Positions 45,852 through 55,519 of a stretch of 55,519 nucleotides of DNA are shown piece by piece (within the stretch, counting starts at the first letter, position 1; each line of letters opens with the position of its first letter). The notes beneath the pieces are model-generated. The model was not told the DNA's origin, searched no databases, and worked only from the letters and a program-made list of their open reading frames with translations. Origin of the DNA: Abditibacteriaceae bacterium (GTDB lineage Bacteria > Armatimonadota > Abditibacteriia > Abditibacteriales > Abditibacteriaceae); the NCBI GenBank assembly GCA_031372065.1, contig JANMKN010000403.1:1-55519 (forward strand), read 5' to 3'. Both the position numbers and the translations under genes were made by a program.

Positions 45852-48298
45852 AATTCCAGTCCGTTGAACGTCTGCCTGCCCGCCGCAAGCGGCAAAACGC
45901 CCTGACCTGTCATCAATTCACCGGAAACGCCGTCGGGCAGGGCCATTTCTGCGCGCCACTTGGCACCGATTTTTTCCAGATGAAGCCGAATTTCGCCGCG
46001 CGGGTGCGGCGTGGTAGCGCGAATCCACGTTAGCGCGCCGGGTTGGGGCGCGATTTCCACGTGGGCGAAACCGGACGCCGCCGGGCGAATTCCGGCTAAG
46101 GTCGCATGAAAATGGAAGAGTGGATGCGCGCCCCAGGCATGGCAATCGCTGCGCGTGGGTTCGGGCATTTCGACGGTGGTTTTTAAACCGTTTTCCTCCA
46201 GCCCGAACCACAGCGCGAGGTCTTTCACGAAGGCTTCGGGATATCGCAAAACGCGAAACGCTTCAAAAACGTAGTGCGAAAAATAGATGGTGGCCTGCGC
46301 CAATTCGCGGTCTTCAAGCAACCCGCGCGCGACCTTTTCGCGCTTAGCATCTTCGAGATAACCGCTTAAAATCGCCAGCGCCTGCGAATGCTGTGAGAAG
46401 TGTTTGTGCCCCCAATCGTCGGCGAAGAGGCCGCGCTCGTCGCTCCAGAAATGTTGATGCAAACGCGCCGCGATATGCGTGCTCAAACGGCGGGCGCGTG
46501 CCGCTAATTCCGGTTCGCCCACGCTGTCTTCCAACTCGGCGACCTGCTTCAAAACGAGGGCGAATTGCCAGTTAAGCGCGCCGCTGGGCCGGAGCGAGCC
46601 TTGCGCGCCGTCGGGTGGCGTGCCGTCTTTCCACTCCGGCACCCAATCGAGATAATTCCAACCTCGCGACGCCAAAAGCAATCCCTCGAACTCGCCCTGA
46701 GCCGCGATATGACCTGCGAAATGATCAACCACGCCGCGCACGCCGGGCAGCAGTTGGCGCACGAAACCCTCGTCGTTGCGCCACATCCAGAAATCGTGAA
46801 CCATCGCCGCATACCACAGCGAAAACGGCGCGATTATCTGCCGCACCCGCGATGGGTAACGCGATTGCGTCAGGCCCGAACCCACGCGCGAAGCGTCGAA
46901 CAGGCTCAGCGCCTTGCGCGGCAAACGATGATCGCCGGTGAGAACGTATGTGGTGAGAGCTTCCAATCGGGTGTCGCCGACATACATCAACTGTTCGTAA
47001 AACGGGCAATCCATATAGGTTTCGTGCGAACACATTTGCAGCCCGCGCACCATCATCGGCACGATGCTTCCCAGTCGCTCATCGGACGCGCCAAAGCGCG
47101 ACTCCATTTCCAGAGGATAGCGCGTTTCGTGGAAAGTAATGCCTTCAATTGAAAGCTGCTGAGCGCCGGTTTCGACTAGCACTTCGACGTAGCGTCCGCA
47201 CTGCCACCACAGCGTGTCGAAGCGGCGATGGGCGCCGCCATCGGGCAGAAAGACATCGCCTACGCCATCTTTATCGCACCACGCCGGCACGAAAAACTTG
47301 CCTTCGATTTCGTCGCGGTTGCCTTTGGAAATACTCCCTACTTCCTCATAAAGTGCTTCCTGCCAATGCACGCGAATCCGGCTGCCCGCGCCGCCCGAAA
47401 CCTTCACTTCTGGATAAGCGCAAAAGTAATTTTCCAAGTCGAGCAGCACGCGGCGGCGCGAATTCGGCGGCACTTCGAGCGATGCCGAATCGCCGTCGAA
47501 AAGCGATTGCCAACGCGCTATTTCGCTCACTAAATTGTCCTGCGCGCGAATGGGAATGCGCGCCGTTTCGCCCGCTTCGGGCGCGGAAACCAAACGCACG
47601 CGGCCCGCAGCAACGATTTGGTCAAGCATCGGCGGCAAAGTCGCAGGCCGCAAAAGGTGCTGCGGCGCGAAGTTTTGCGCGTTCTGTGCGCTGAGGCCGT
47701 ATAAACCTGTGACACACTCTTCCCAATCGCCTGCACCGATCTCGAAATTCCACCCGAAGCGTGCGCCGTCCACCCGAACGTTGGCGCCCGTTCCCCAAGC
47801 CGCAAGCGGGTCGAGAAAATCGTAACCGTCTAAAATCCGGCATTGCCACGGCGCCACACCCGTTCCCAGAAGCGGCACCCATTCCGGCTCGTCCGGCGAG
47901 CAGACAAAGCCGGATTTGAGGCTAATTTGCGCGTGAGGCGCCTGCTCGCCCAGTGCCCAAACCCGCGCCACGAGGCAATGTTCGCCTGCTTCGAGCGACA
48001 AATCGTAAGTTTCAAAGGCCCAGTTCTCGCCGTCGCCGCGCTCCGGCCCACGCCCGAACGCTTCGCCATCGAGCCATAATTGATAGCGTTCATCGGCGGA
48101 AATGTGAAGGCGCACCGTAGCCGCACGCGGCATCGAAAACACGCGGCGAAACGCTCCGACAAAAGGCGCGGGCGGCGGCGCGGCGTGGTGAATCCAGTGA
48201 CAGGGCCACAAATCGAGTTCCCAGGGCGCTTTGTCGCCGAAAACCGTTTGCAAATGGTCAAGCGATTCTTCTTCGATCAAAACACGAGTGGCTTTCAT
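45848..48298 (-). CDS. Alpha-L-rhamnosidase, GH78
   Basis: HISADERYQLWLDG, ETYMDCPFYEQLMYVGD, RSDCHAWGAHP, TPHPRGEI. Confidence 0.92.
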   Translation of the reverse strand: MKATRVLIEEESLDHLQTVFGDKAPWELDLWPCHWIHHAAPPPAPFVGAFRRVFSMPRAATVRLHISADERYQLWLDGEAFGRGPERGDGENWAFETYDLSLEAGEHCLVARVWALGEQAPHAQISLKSGFVCSPDEPEWVPLLGTGVAPWQCRILDGYDFLDPLAAWGTGANVRVDGARFGWNFEIGAGDWEECVTGLYGLSAQNAQNFAPQHLLRPATLPPMLDQIVAAGRVRLVSAPEAGETARIPIRAQDNLVSEIARWQSLFDGDSASLEVPPNSRRRVLLDLENYFCAYPEVKVSGGAGSRIRVHWQEALYEEVGSISKGNRDEIEGKFFVPAWCDKDGVGDVFLPDGGAHRRFDTLWWQCGRYVEVLVETGAQQLSIEGITFHETRYPLEMESRFGASDERLGSIVPMMVRGLQMCSHETYMDCPFYEQLMYVGDTRLEALTTYVLTGDHRLPRKALSLFDASRVGSGLTQSRYPSRVRQIIAPFSLWYAAMVHDFWMWRNDEGFVRQLLPGVRGVVDHFAGHIAAQGEFEGLLLASRGWNYLDWVPEWKDGTPPDGAQGSLRPSGALNWQFALVLKQVAELEDSVGEPELAARARRLSTHIAARLHQHFWSDERGLFADDWGHKHFSQHSQALAILSGYLEDAKREKVARGLLEDRELAQATIYFSHYVFEAFRVLRYPEAFVKDLALWFGLEENGLKTTVEMPEPTRSDCHAWGAHPLFHFHATLAGIRPAASGFAHVEIAPQPGALTWIRATTPHPRGEIRLHLEKIGAKWRAEMALPDGVSGELMTGQGVLPLAAGRQTFNGLEF

Positions 48299-48441
48299 AG
48301 CAAAAAATTACCGCCCAAACCCGGCACATGAAAAGAGTCACTGATGTGCGATGAGGGAAGTCAATAAAGTCTGACCGTTGCCATGAACCTCAGCTTGGGG
48401 TGTCCATTCGGTGTTGAGGCCAGGGGTTAAGTCGAGAATTC

Positions 48442-50001
48442 TCACGGCTGAAGGTTCCAATTGTCGCTGCGGAACGGAAACGCGGGCAAACCCGCGCCAT
48501 TGACCAAATTGCCGAGCGGATTGATGTGCCAGGCGTAGCGCACGGAAACAGGCTGGGGCACCTCGCGGCTGGAAAGCACAACGGTGTCGCCGACTATTTT
48601 CGCTTGTGCCCAATGCCATTTTCGGTCGGCACCAGCCAGCGCGAAACCTTTGAGTTCCACGCTTTCTCTGGGCTTCAAGCTCTTGGCGTGTGTGAAATTG
48701 ACGGTTGCCTCGCCGTTTTTAAACGTCGCCGAATTGAAAACCGGGCCGCTCCACGACACGGTGTTGTCACCGTAAACATTGGCCAACGCCGCAAGATACA
48801 GGCGATTTCCGGCCAGTTGCTTGTTCAACGGATGAATGTTCCAAATTGGGCCTTCCTCATCCAAAATATCAATCGCCGAAACACGATAAACATGGGGCAA
48901 ATCGGCGGTTGACCGCTGGGCATCGCGTAGTGCAGGCCACGCATCGTCGCGCACCGGTTCGGTTTGCCGGAAACCGAAGTTCGCCAACTCGACGAACAAA
49001 AACGGCAGTGCGTCGTTGCCCCACAGCTTGCGCCAATCGTCAATCAGAGACGGAAACAACACGCGATACTGCTCAGCACGCTCGGCGTTGTTTTCGCCCT
49101 GCCACCACAGAAAACCTTTGGCGGTAAACGGCGCGGCGGGCGCTATCATACCGTTATAAAGCGTTCCGGGAAAAGCGGCCTCTTCAGGTTTTTGCGGCGC
49201 TTTGGGTTCTTCCGGCACAGGCTTGCCCGCTTTTTCGGCGGCGACTTTTTCGGTTTCCCAAAGCGCGTGAGCGTCCTCAAAAGCCTTTTTGAGGTCGGGA
49301 TAAAACCGTTTTTTCAAATCGGCGAGTTCGACGTTTTGCGGCAGGATCGCGCGAACCGTTGACGGGTTCATGTGCAACTCAATGTCGGTTCCGGGAACGG
49401 CAACATGAACAATGCCGACGGGAACGCCCAGTTTTTTCTGCAAGTCGCGGGCAAAGAAATACGGCACGCCGGGAAAATCAGGCACGTTTTGCGACGTAGC
49501 GGTCTTCCATTGCGCGTTCACGGTGCGCTGCGGTGTCGCGGCGTGATGGCCTCCCTGGACGCGGGATGTCAAAGTCGCATCCCACACGCGAATCGTCGGA
49601 TAATCGCCGTTTCCGGCTTCTTCTGCGGAGTTTTTGCTGTTGCTGACGTGCCACCACATATTGCTTTGTCCGCCCGCGATCCATACCTCGCCAACCGCGA
49701 CGTTTCGGAGCGTCACGCTGTTGCTTCCGGCGACGACAAGAGAAAAATTGACGCCCGCAGCGCCGGTTGCGACGCGCGTTTGGAATCGCCCGTCTTTGTC
49801 GGTTTTGGCCAAGTATGCTTTGTCGCGGAAACGCACTTCAACTGCTGTGTGGGGTGCGTCATAGCCCCAAATGACGGCGTCGGTTTCACGCTGCAACACC
49901 ATGTTGTCTGCGATGACAGAAGGAAGTTGCACTTCGGCCTGAGCCACGCTTGAGATCGCCGCTGCCATCAATATCCCCACTCTAATTGCTGTTTTCTTCA
50001 A
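48442..50001 (-). CDS. Sialate O-acetylesterase (SASA family)
   Basis: DNMVLQR, GEVWIAGGQSNM, LYNGMIAP, WWQGENN, IHPLNK, PVSVRYAW. A TTG start at 50001 with AAAGGA RBS gives a clean signal peptide. Confidence 0.9.
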   Translation of the reverse strand: MKKTAIRVGILMAAAISSVAQAEVQLPSVIADNMVLQRETDAVIWGYDAPHTAVEVRFRDKAYLAKTDKDGRFQTRVATGAAGVNFSLVVAGSNSVTLRNVAVGEVWIAGGQSNMWWHVSNSKNSAEEAGNGDYPTIRVWDATLTSRVQGGHHAATPQRTVNAQWKTATSQNVPDFPGVPYFFARDLQKKLGVPVGIVHVAVPGTDIELHMNPSTVRAILPQNVELADLKKRFYPDLKKAFEDAHALWETEKVAAEKAGKPVPEEPKAPQKPEEAAFPGTLYNGMIAPAAPFTAKGFLWWQGENNAERAEQYRVLFPSLIDDWRKLWGNDALPFLFVELANFGFRQTEPVRDDAWPALRDAQRSTADLPHVYRVSAIDILDEEGPIWNIHPLNKQLAGNRLYLAALANVYGDNTVSWSGPVFNSATFKNGEATVNFTHAKSLKPRESVELKGFALAGADRKWHWAQAKIVGDTVVLSSREVPQPVSVRYAWHINPLGNLVNGAGLPAFPFRSDNWNLQP

Positions 50002-50057
50002 TTTTGCAAATCCTTTGTTCGGCCATTCCGATATTTTATGGCTTCTCCTGTGAATCA

Positions 50058-50097
50058 CAAAAAGTGAGTGCTCAAAGCTTTGAGCACTCACTTTTTG
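50058..50097. terminator. Perfect 40-bp palindrome, probable intrinsic terminator downstream of the GH2 gene
   Basis: CAAAAAGTGAGTGCTCAAAG|CTTTGAGCACTCACTTTTTG, with T-runs on both strands. Confidence 0.7.
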
Positions 50098-50106
50098 CAA
50101 ATACTT

Positions 50107-53100
50107 CTACTTCTCGGATGTTGCCGCCGTGATTGCCAACAACACCGGAACGCCGCGCTTTTGGTCATCGGGGCCGTAGGTGAAGTCCACGCTTTTGATT
50201 TCCACGTCGGGACGTGGATTGTTCCACTGCTTCGAGTAGGCGACCGCCGATTCGTTGGAGTTGGGGAACTTCGATGTCCACGCCAGTTGCGCGCCCGCGA
50301 TGGCTTTGGGCACTTCCTGACGGTATGAATCAACGTCAATCTCGGCGTAAATCGGCAGCGTCACGCTTTGGCCGTCGGTGTAATGAATGGTGTAGCGCGC
50401 CATTTCATACTTCTTGTTGTCGCGCAGTTCGTCGTTGTTGCGGCGATTGTCCATGCGCGCCGTGTGCAGGAAAAACAAAGCGTCCGCTTTCTTGTTGATC
50501 GGAATGTCTTTCACTTCATTCGGCGGATTGTTGGGAATGCCGCCGCCGCCCAGCATGATCGCCGTCGGGACGGGCGAAGTCGCAAAATCGAAGATGCTGT
50601 AAGTCACGCCGCCGAAGGTTTGCTTGCCGGTCGGCAGGCCGTTGAACGTGAAGTTCTTGTCGCCAAACCAGCCGCGCTCGGTGCGGAACTGCGTCAGCTT
50701 TTGCGGAAAAGCGGTGAAGTCAATCGGCGTGTAGGTCACGTTCGCTCCGGCGATGATGGTCTTGCCGCCCGCGAACGGCGCTTGCAGATTGCGCAGCAGC
50801 GTCGAGAAAATCGTGCGCTTCTTTTGCACGTTGGCCGGAACCGCTTCGCTGTCTTTGAACAGCAAGTTGCACAGCACGATTCCCCCATTTCCACGCGGAT
50901 AACGCATCATGCCGCCGATGTTCAGCAGCGGCTTGACCTTGCTGTAGAAATCCGCCGGACGCTCGGCTTTGAGATAAATGTTGTCAATGCCGACGAGCGG
51001 ATTGACGTTGGGCCGCACTTCCCAGCCTTCGATGGCGAGGGCGAGGTCTTTAGCTGGGCGCGGCGCTTTGATGGCCAGCGTTTGCGGCTCATCGTTGGCA
51101 GGCACGTTCCAAACCTGCTTGTCTTTGCCGTCGAAGGTGAGGCTGACTTTGTTCGGAAGCCAGTAATTCTTGTTGCCGATCCAAGTGAATTCTTTGATGG
51201 TTTGCGGCTTGGGGAAGCTGATCGGCACCAAAGCCGGCTTAAAGCCGCCCGCCTCATTTTTTTCCAGCGGGAAGTTGATAATGAGCGGCCAGCCGTCCGA
51301 ACCAACAAAGCCATTGGTGATTTTGTCATAAGCCGAAAATGTGGACTTGGCGAACGGCGCGACTTCATCGTAATCCACGATGTAGGAGAACATATCGGAT
51401 GCGGTATATTCATCGGAAGTCCAGCCGAAGATGCGTTCACCGCTCAGCAGCACCACATCGCCTAAAGTCAGGCCGGCCATCAGCGGGTCTTTGACCGGCG
51501 AAAACAAGATGCGTTCGCGCTGCATTTTGCGAATCATATGGTCGAAGCCGACGATTTTGTTGTAATCGCCCAAACCTTCGGGCGTCAGGCCGTGAAACAC
51601 GATAAAGCCGCCGCGCGCCGTGAACGCATTCACCTTCGCCATGTCGCCGGACAAGGCTTTGAGGTTGGCGGGCGTGGCTTCAATCACGGCTAACTTAATC
51701 TTCGCGTCGCTGATGGACGCCAACGGATCGGTGTTTTCGCTGTATTGCAGGCCAATGGCGGCGGCGGCTTTGACGAGTTGAGCTTCGCCGCCCGAAACGA
51801 GCGTGACGGGCCGAAACTCTTGCTTGTAAACCGCCGCGTAGCCGAGCAGATTGTTCAGCACTTGCTGCGCGACGGCGTTGCTTTTGAGCTTATCGCCCAA
51901 ATCCAACTGCGAAAGCAGCATCAAACCACGTCCGGTCGGCACTTCAATTAAAGCCGACTGCTCCAAGCGCGGCCCGGCTTGAATTAAAGACCGCGCGCCG
52001 CGCGCCGGTTTTTTGTAAGCGTTGCGATAAACCTGACCGTTTTTGCCCCAGCCTTTGAAATCGTTTTCGCGCAGGCCGCGCATCGTCGGATGGCCCAAGT
52101 CTTCGGGAAAGGCAAACTGCCCGTTCGTCGCGGGGGATTCCGTCGCGTTATTGGGAGCCATGCTGATTTCCGCTGTCAATGCTTGAAAGTGCAGCGGGTT
52201 TTTCTGGTCGAGCACAACGACGCTGCGCCCTTCGGAAGCCCATGCCGCCAATGCGCTCGAAGTGCTTTCGCTTTCGCTGAGCGCGTCCGGCCCGATGACC
52301 AGCGTGCGGCCCGCAGCCGGCAGCGCCGCCAAACTTTTCAACGCCGTGAACTTGGTGCCGCGCGCCGTCAAATACGCCGCGACTGCGCCTTTCGGGTCGT
52401 AAACCAGCAGCGAAGACGCCAAAGCCGGACTAAGCTGAGCATTGGCGCGAGTTTCGACGTGCAACTCGGCGCGCGGCTTGAGCTGAGGTGCAGCCGGCGC
52501 CGCCTTCACAGGAACCATTCCGGCGGTTGGCAAAATGGAAAGCGGCTTGACATCGCGGAATACTTCTTTGCCGCCGACGCTGAGCGCCACGATTAATTCG
52601 CCATCGGTGCGCGTGCTAACCATCGGCATCGCAATGGTTTCCTCGAACTTGGCTTCGCCGCCGGGCGCGATTTTGTGAACCGAAGTCTTCGTCCACGCGC
52701 TTTTCTTGTTCACCATCAAAGTGCGCGTGAAGGTGATGGGGTCGGCGTAATGCGTGTCGTTGAACACGCCGAAAGTGCGCGGCACTTGCTGCCCGGCGCC
52801 GAACGTCCAATCGTATTCGCGCACGAAAGCCGCGCGCTCTTTCATCGAGTTCCAGCCATTGACGTTTTCGCCGGTTCCTGCCCAAAAGTGCCACGCACTC
52901 TGACCGGCCCAGCGGTAGCCCTGCATCAGCATATTGAACACAAAGTCCGAGCCGGGACGCGCCGCCGCCTTGCTGAGGAACATGCTTTCGCCGCCCCACT
53001 GCGCGTAGTCGGCGGGGTTGATGCCCGTCGCAAAAAAGTCCTCGCCCATGAAGCGTGGGCGCTTCATGTCCCACGGCCAACGCCCGCGCGAGCCGCCTTC

Positions 53101-55278
53101 GGGGTTCAGCTCATAAGCCAAGTTCGGGTAGCGCGTGTCTTTGGGGTCGAAGACATAATGGTTGCCGTGAATCGGCAGCGTTTGCAGTTTGGTGGCGCCG
53201 CCGCCGTCGCTCATAAAAAAGCGCGTCGGGTCAACTTTGGCCCAGTCAGCCGCCATTTCGGTGAACTTGCGCTCGTATTCGTTCATGAGCGGGCTGTCGC
53301 CGAGCAGATTGATGAGGTTGATGTAAAGAAACTCGTTGTCGAAGCTCCAAATGTTGATCGAAGGATGGTTGCGCTCGGCGCGGATAAGCTGCGCGAACTG
53401 ATCGCGGTAATTGTTCATCAGCGCGACTTTCATTTCGCTGCCGCCCTGCGCCGCTTTGATGTCGGGATCGCCTTCGCTGAAGGCATAGCCGATGACTTGA
53501 CCGTCGAGCAAGCCGTTGCGCCGAATCACGACGCCGTTGCGATCCATGTAATCGAACATCTGTGCTTGCGGCAGGCCAAAGTTGCGCGTGTCGCCGCCCT
53601 GTCCGGGATTCATCACGCGCATCGTGCGCTGATGCTTCGCGTGGTAATCCTTGACCCATTCTTCAATCGTCGCGCCACCGGGCGATAAATCAGCCCACTG
53701 CGGCCAGTTCACGCCGTTCAGCAAAAACTTGGTGCCGCTCGAAGTCCATTCGCGGAAGCCGAAGGGCGTTTCGCTCACGTCCACCGCTTTGCCGCCGACG
53801 TTCAGCGTTGCGCGCAAGCGATACATATTGGGCGTGTCGGGCCACCACAATTTGGCATCGGCCCACGCTTCGCTCATGTTCAGCACTTGCTCTGCATTCG
53901 CTGCAACCGTAAACGCCTTAGGCGCGAAGGTTTTGGCGACCGTGCCGGTTTTTTCGTCAATCGCGGCTAAAGCCACTTCGCCCGCAACGGCGGCATTCGT
54001 CGGGTTATTGAGCGTAATCTCCACGCTCAACTGCTTGTTGGCGACCGAAGGCTTGGCGAACACATCGCTGCTGTAAACCGCGCCAACCGCGTTGAAGGTC
54101 GGCGTTTCCAAGATGCCGGATTTGGCGTTGTTCCAAATCGGATAATCCAAATTTTGAAAGCCCTGCCCGAAAAACGAAAGCGGCAGGTTGAACTGACGCC
54201 TCAAGTCCAGCGGCTTCTTCGGATTAAAGGTGCGGCCATACCACGCATCGCGGATGCCGACCAAGACTTCGTTTTCGCCCGCCTTAACCGCTTTGGAAAC
54301 GTCAATCTGAAACGGCGCGAACGGGTTCTTATTGAAGCCGCACAGTTGGCGATTGACGTAAACCGTTGTGTTGAGACTGTTCATCGGAAAGTGCAGAAAG
54401 AACGAGCGCCCGACTTGATTCGCCGCCACATTGACGCGCGTGCGATACCAAAGGCGGTGCGCGAACACCAAATCGGGGCGCACGGTGTTCTTATCGCTGG
54501 GAACCGCAATCGCTTTCCAAAGGGCTTGCGAAGGCAGTTCCATCGGCACCGCGACGGCTTTAACTTCCTGCTCATCGGCCCGCGCCACTTCCCAGTTGCC
54601 TTCCAGCTTCACGTTCGCCCGCGCGCCAACTGCTCCGGCTGTGGGCAGATCAAAAACCTTCTTCGCGGCTTCTTGGTCGGCGGCTGTCAGCACATAAGCG
54701 CCGGGTTTGTTCGCGCCGTCGGGACGAAACTCGCTGGATGAAATCACAAGCGCATCGCTGGCGTAAAGCACGCGCTGCACTTCGCCCTTCTCGTTTTTGG
54801 TTTGCGTTAAGCGAATATCTAAGGTGTGATCGCCCGCTGCCATTTCGCGTTCGCCGAGTTTCAGCCACGCGACTTCCGTCCACTGGGCAATGTCCATCAG
54901 GTCGGTCGTCAGGTCGGTCGGCAAGGATTTGTTCCACGCACCGCCGTCCACGCGCCACTCGAAGGGCGAGCGCACGAACTCGAAGCCGACGCGATTCCAA
55001 ATTTCATGCTGGCCCGCGCCTTTCAGGTTGAACTTGTAAGACAGCATTCCGCCGCCTTCGGGCAGTTCTTTGGCGAGTTTGTCGGCGTCAATGTTGATGT
55101 TGACCCATTTTTCTTCGGACAAAAACTGCTTGTTTCCCCAGCCGCCCGGCTTGACGGTCAGGTTTGTCGAAGCGGTGTTTTCCGCTTCAATCCACACAGT
55201 GTCCTGCGCCTGCGCCGCCGCACATAATCCCAATGAGGAAAGTGTGATGGCGGCCAACAGATTCTGTTTGATTTTCAT
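50107..55278 (-). CDS. Large secreted GH2-family glycoside hydrolase
   Basis: KLWWPDTPNMY, FGFREW, RNHPSINIWSFDNE (acid/base), FMGEDF (nucleophile); signal peptide. Confidence 0.88.
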   Translation of the reverse strand: MKIKQNLLAAITLSSLGLCAAAQAQDTVWIEAENTASTNLTVKPGGWGNKQFLSEEKWVNINIDADKLAKELPEGGGMLSYKFNLKGAGQHEIWNRVGFEFVRSPFEWRVDGGAWNKSLPTDLTTDLMDIAQWTEVAWLKLGEREMAAGDHTLDIRLTQTKNEKGEVQRVLYASDALVISSSEFRPDGANKPGAYVLTAADQEAAKKVFDLPTAGAVGARANVKLEGNWEVARADEQEVKAVAVPMELPSQALWKAIAVPSDKNTVRPDLVFAHRLWYRTRVNVAANQVGRSFFLHFPMNSLNTTVYVNRQLCGFNKNPFAPFQIDVSKAVKAGENEVLVGIRDAWYGRTFNPKKPLDLRRQFNLPLSFFGQGFQNLDYPIWNNAKSGILETPTFNAVGAVYSSDVFAKPSVANKQLSVEITLNNPTNAAVAGEVALAAIDEKTGTVAKTFAPKAFTVAANAEQVLNMSEAWADAKLWWPDTPNMYRLRATLNVGGKAVDVSETPFGFREWTSSGTKFLLNGVNWPQWADLSPGGATIEEWVKDYHAKHQRTMRVMNPGQGGDTRNFGLPQAQMFDYMDRNGVVIRRNGLLDGQVIGYAFSEGDPDIKAAQGGSEMKVALMNNYRDQFAQLIRAERNHPSINIWSFDNEFLYINLINLLGDSPLMNEYERKFTEMAADWAKVDPTRFFMSDGGGATKLQTLPIHGNHYVFDPKDTRYPNLAYELNPEGGSRGRWPWDMKRPRFMGEDFFATGINPADYAQWGGESMFLSKAAARPGSDFVFNMLMQGYRWAGQSAWHFWAGTGENVNGWNSMKERAAFVREYDWTFGAGQQVPRTFGVFNDTHYADPITFTRTLMVNKKSAWTKTSVHKIAPGGEAKFEETIAMPMVSTRTDGELIVALSVGGKEVFRDVKPLSILPTAGMVPVKAAPAAPQLKPRAELHVETRANAQLSPALASSLLVYDPKGAVAAYLTARGTKFTALKSLAALPAAGRTLVIGPDALSESESTSSALAAWASEGRSVVVLDQKNPLHFQALTAEISMAPNNATESPATNGQFAFPEDLGHPTMRGLRENDFKGWGKNGQVYRNAYKKPARGARSLIQAGPRLEQSALIEVPTGRGLMLLSQLDLGDKLKSNAVAQQVLNNLLGYAAVYKQEFRPVTLVSGGEAQLVKAAAAIGLQYSENTDPLASISDAKIKLAVIEATPANLKALSGDMAKVNAFTARGGFIVFHGLTPEGLGDYNKIVGFDHMIRKMQRERILFSPVKDPLMAGLTLGDVVLLSGERIFGWTSDEYTASDMFSYIVDYDEVAPFAKSTFSAYDKITNGFVGSDGWPLIINFPLEKNEAGGFKPALVPISFPKPQTIKEFTWIGNKNYWLPNKVSLTFDGKDKQVWNVPANDEPQTLAIKAPRPAKDLALAIEGWEVRPNVNPLVGIDNIYLKAERPADFYSKVKPLLNIGGMMRYPRGNGGIVLCNLLFKDSEAVPANVQKKRTIFSTLLRNLQAPFAGGKTIIAGANVTYTPIDFTAFPQKLTQFRTERGWFGDKNFTFNGLPTGKQTFGGVTYSIFDFATSPVPTAIMLGGGGIPNNPPNEVKDIPINKKADALFFLHTARMDNRRNNDELRDNKKYEMARYTIHYTDGQSVTLPIYAEIDVDSYRQEVPKAIAGAQLAWTSKFPNSNESAVAYSKQWNNPRPDVEIKSVDFTYGPDDQKRGVPVLLAITAATSEK

Positions 55279-55318
55279 AAAAGAGGTTCCTTCGTGCCTT
55301 TTGCAAAGCATTTTGCTT

Positions 55319-55519
55319 CTACTTGACTTTCAGTTTGAAACTTTGCTGACGCAGGGCGCCGTCAGCATCGGCGGCGGTCAGCGTAATCCACGACTGGCCT
55401 TTTTGTCCGGCTTGCGGCGTGACCGTCAAACGACGGTTGTAAAGGCCGCCCCACTGATCTTTGAATTCGCCGCTTTCGATTTTGATATTGGCGTCGGGCA
55501 CCAGCGCGGCGTTATCCGA
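55319..55519 (-). CDS. C-terminal end of a protein with an Ig/cadherin-like domain (partial, runs off the window)
   Basis: RRLTVTPQAGQKGQSWITLTAADADG...SFKLKVK*. Confidence 0.6.
   Translation of the reverse strand, partial: SDNAALVPDANIKIESGEFKDQWGGLYNRRLTVTPQAGQKGQSWITLTAADADGALRQQSFKLKVK

Noticed and set aside
45700..45860. att site or tRNA target at the element boundary
   Set aside because: No tRNA-like sequence or repeat shared with the left side could be found by eye; the left end was probably lost at the IS.
50002..50100. Extended N-terminus of the sialate O-acetylesterase given in the ORF track
   Set aside because: It runs through the terminator palindrome; TTG at 50001 has an RBS and gives a normal signal peptide.

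Overview
GC-rich bacterial DNA with three parts. The protein families suggest an Armatimonadota/Abditibacteriota-like host, but that is inference and not verified. (1) 0.3-4.1 kb: a frameshifted NarL/LuxR regulator, a PilZ protein, an unexplained array of palindromes with a 42-bp period, and a large secreted Ig/PKD-like protein. (2) 4.3-34 kb and 45.8-55.5 kb: secreted carbohydrate-active enzymes (GH51, GH20, MGH1/GH63-like, GH127 fused to a zincin, heparinase/alginate-lyase-like, GH78, sialate O-acetylesterase, GH2) together with a PSD1/DUF1501 pair, a soluble-adenylate-cyclase-like STAND protein, a histidine kinase and several deletion-collapsed gene mosaics. (3) 34.7-45.85 kb: an ISAs1 copy without target duplication next to a decaying integrative element. 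The element has a DUF932-like remnant, an Fe-S PD-(D/E)xK nuclease, a large serine recombinase whose catalytic Ser is mutated to Phe, divergent XRE/Cro-like regulators and two replication proteins. The best candidate for an undescribed system is inside this element: an intact cytochrome P450 faces an XRE regulator with a large C-terminal domain, and an identical 18-bp near-palindrome (GCGTTGCCGATCAGCAAC) lies in both divergent intergenic regions. This could be a small-molecule-controlled switch for the element. All family names come from motif recognition; no database searches were run.
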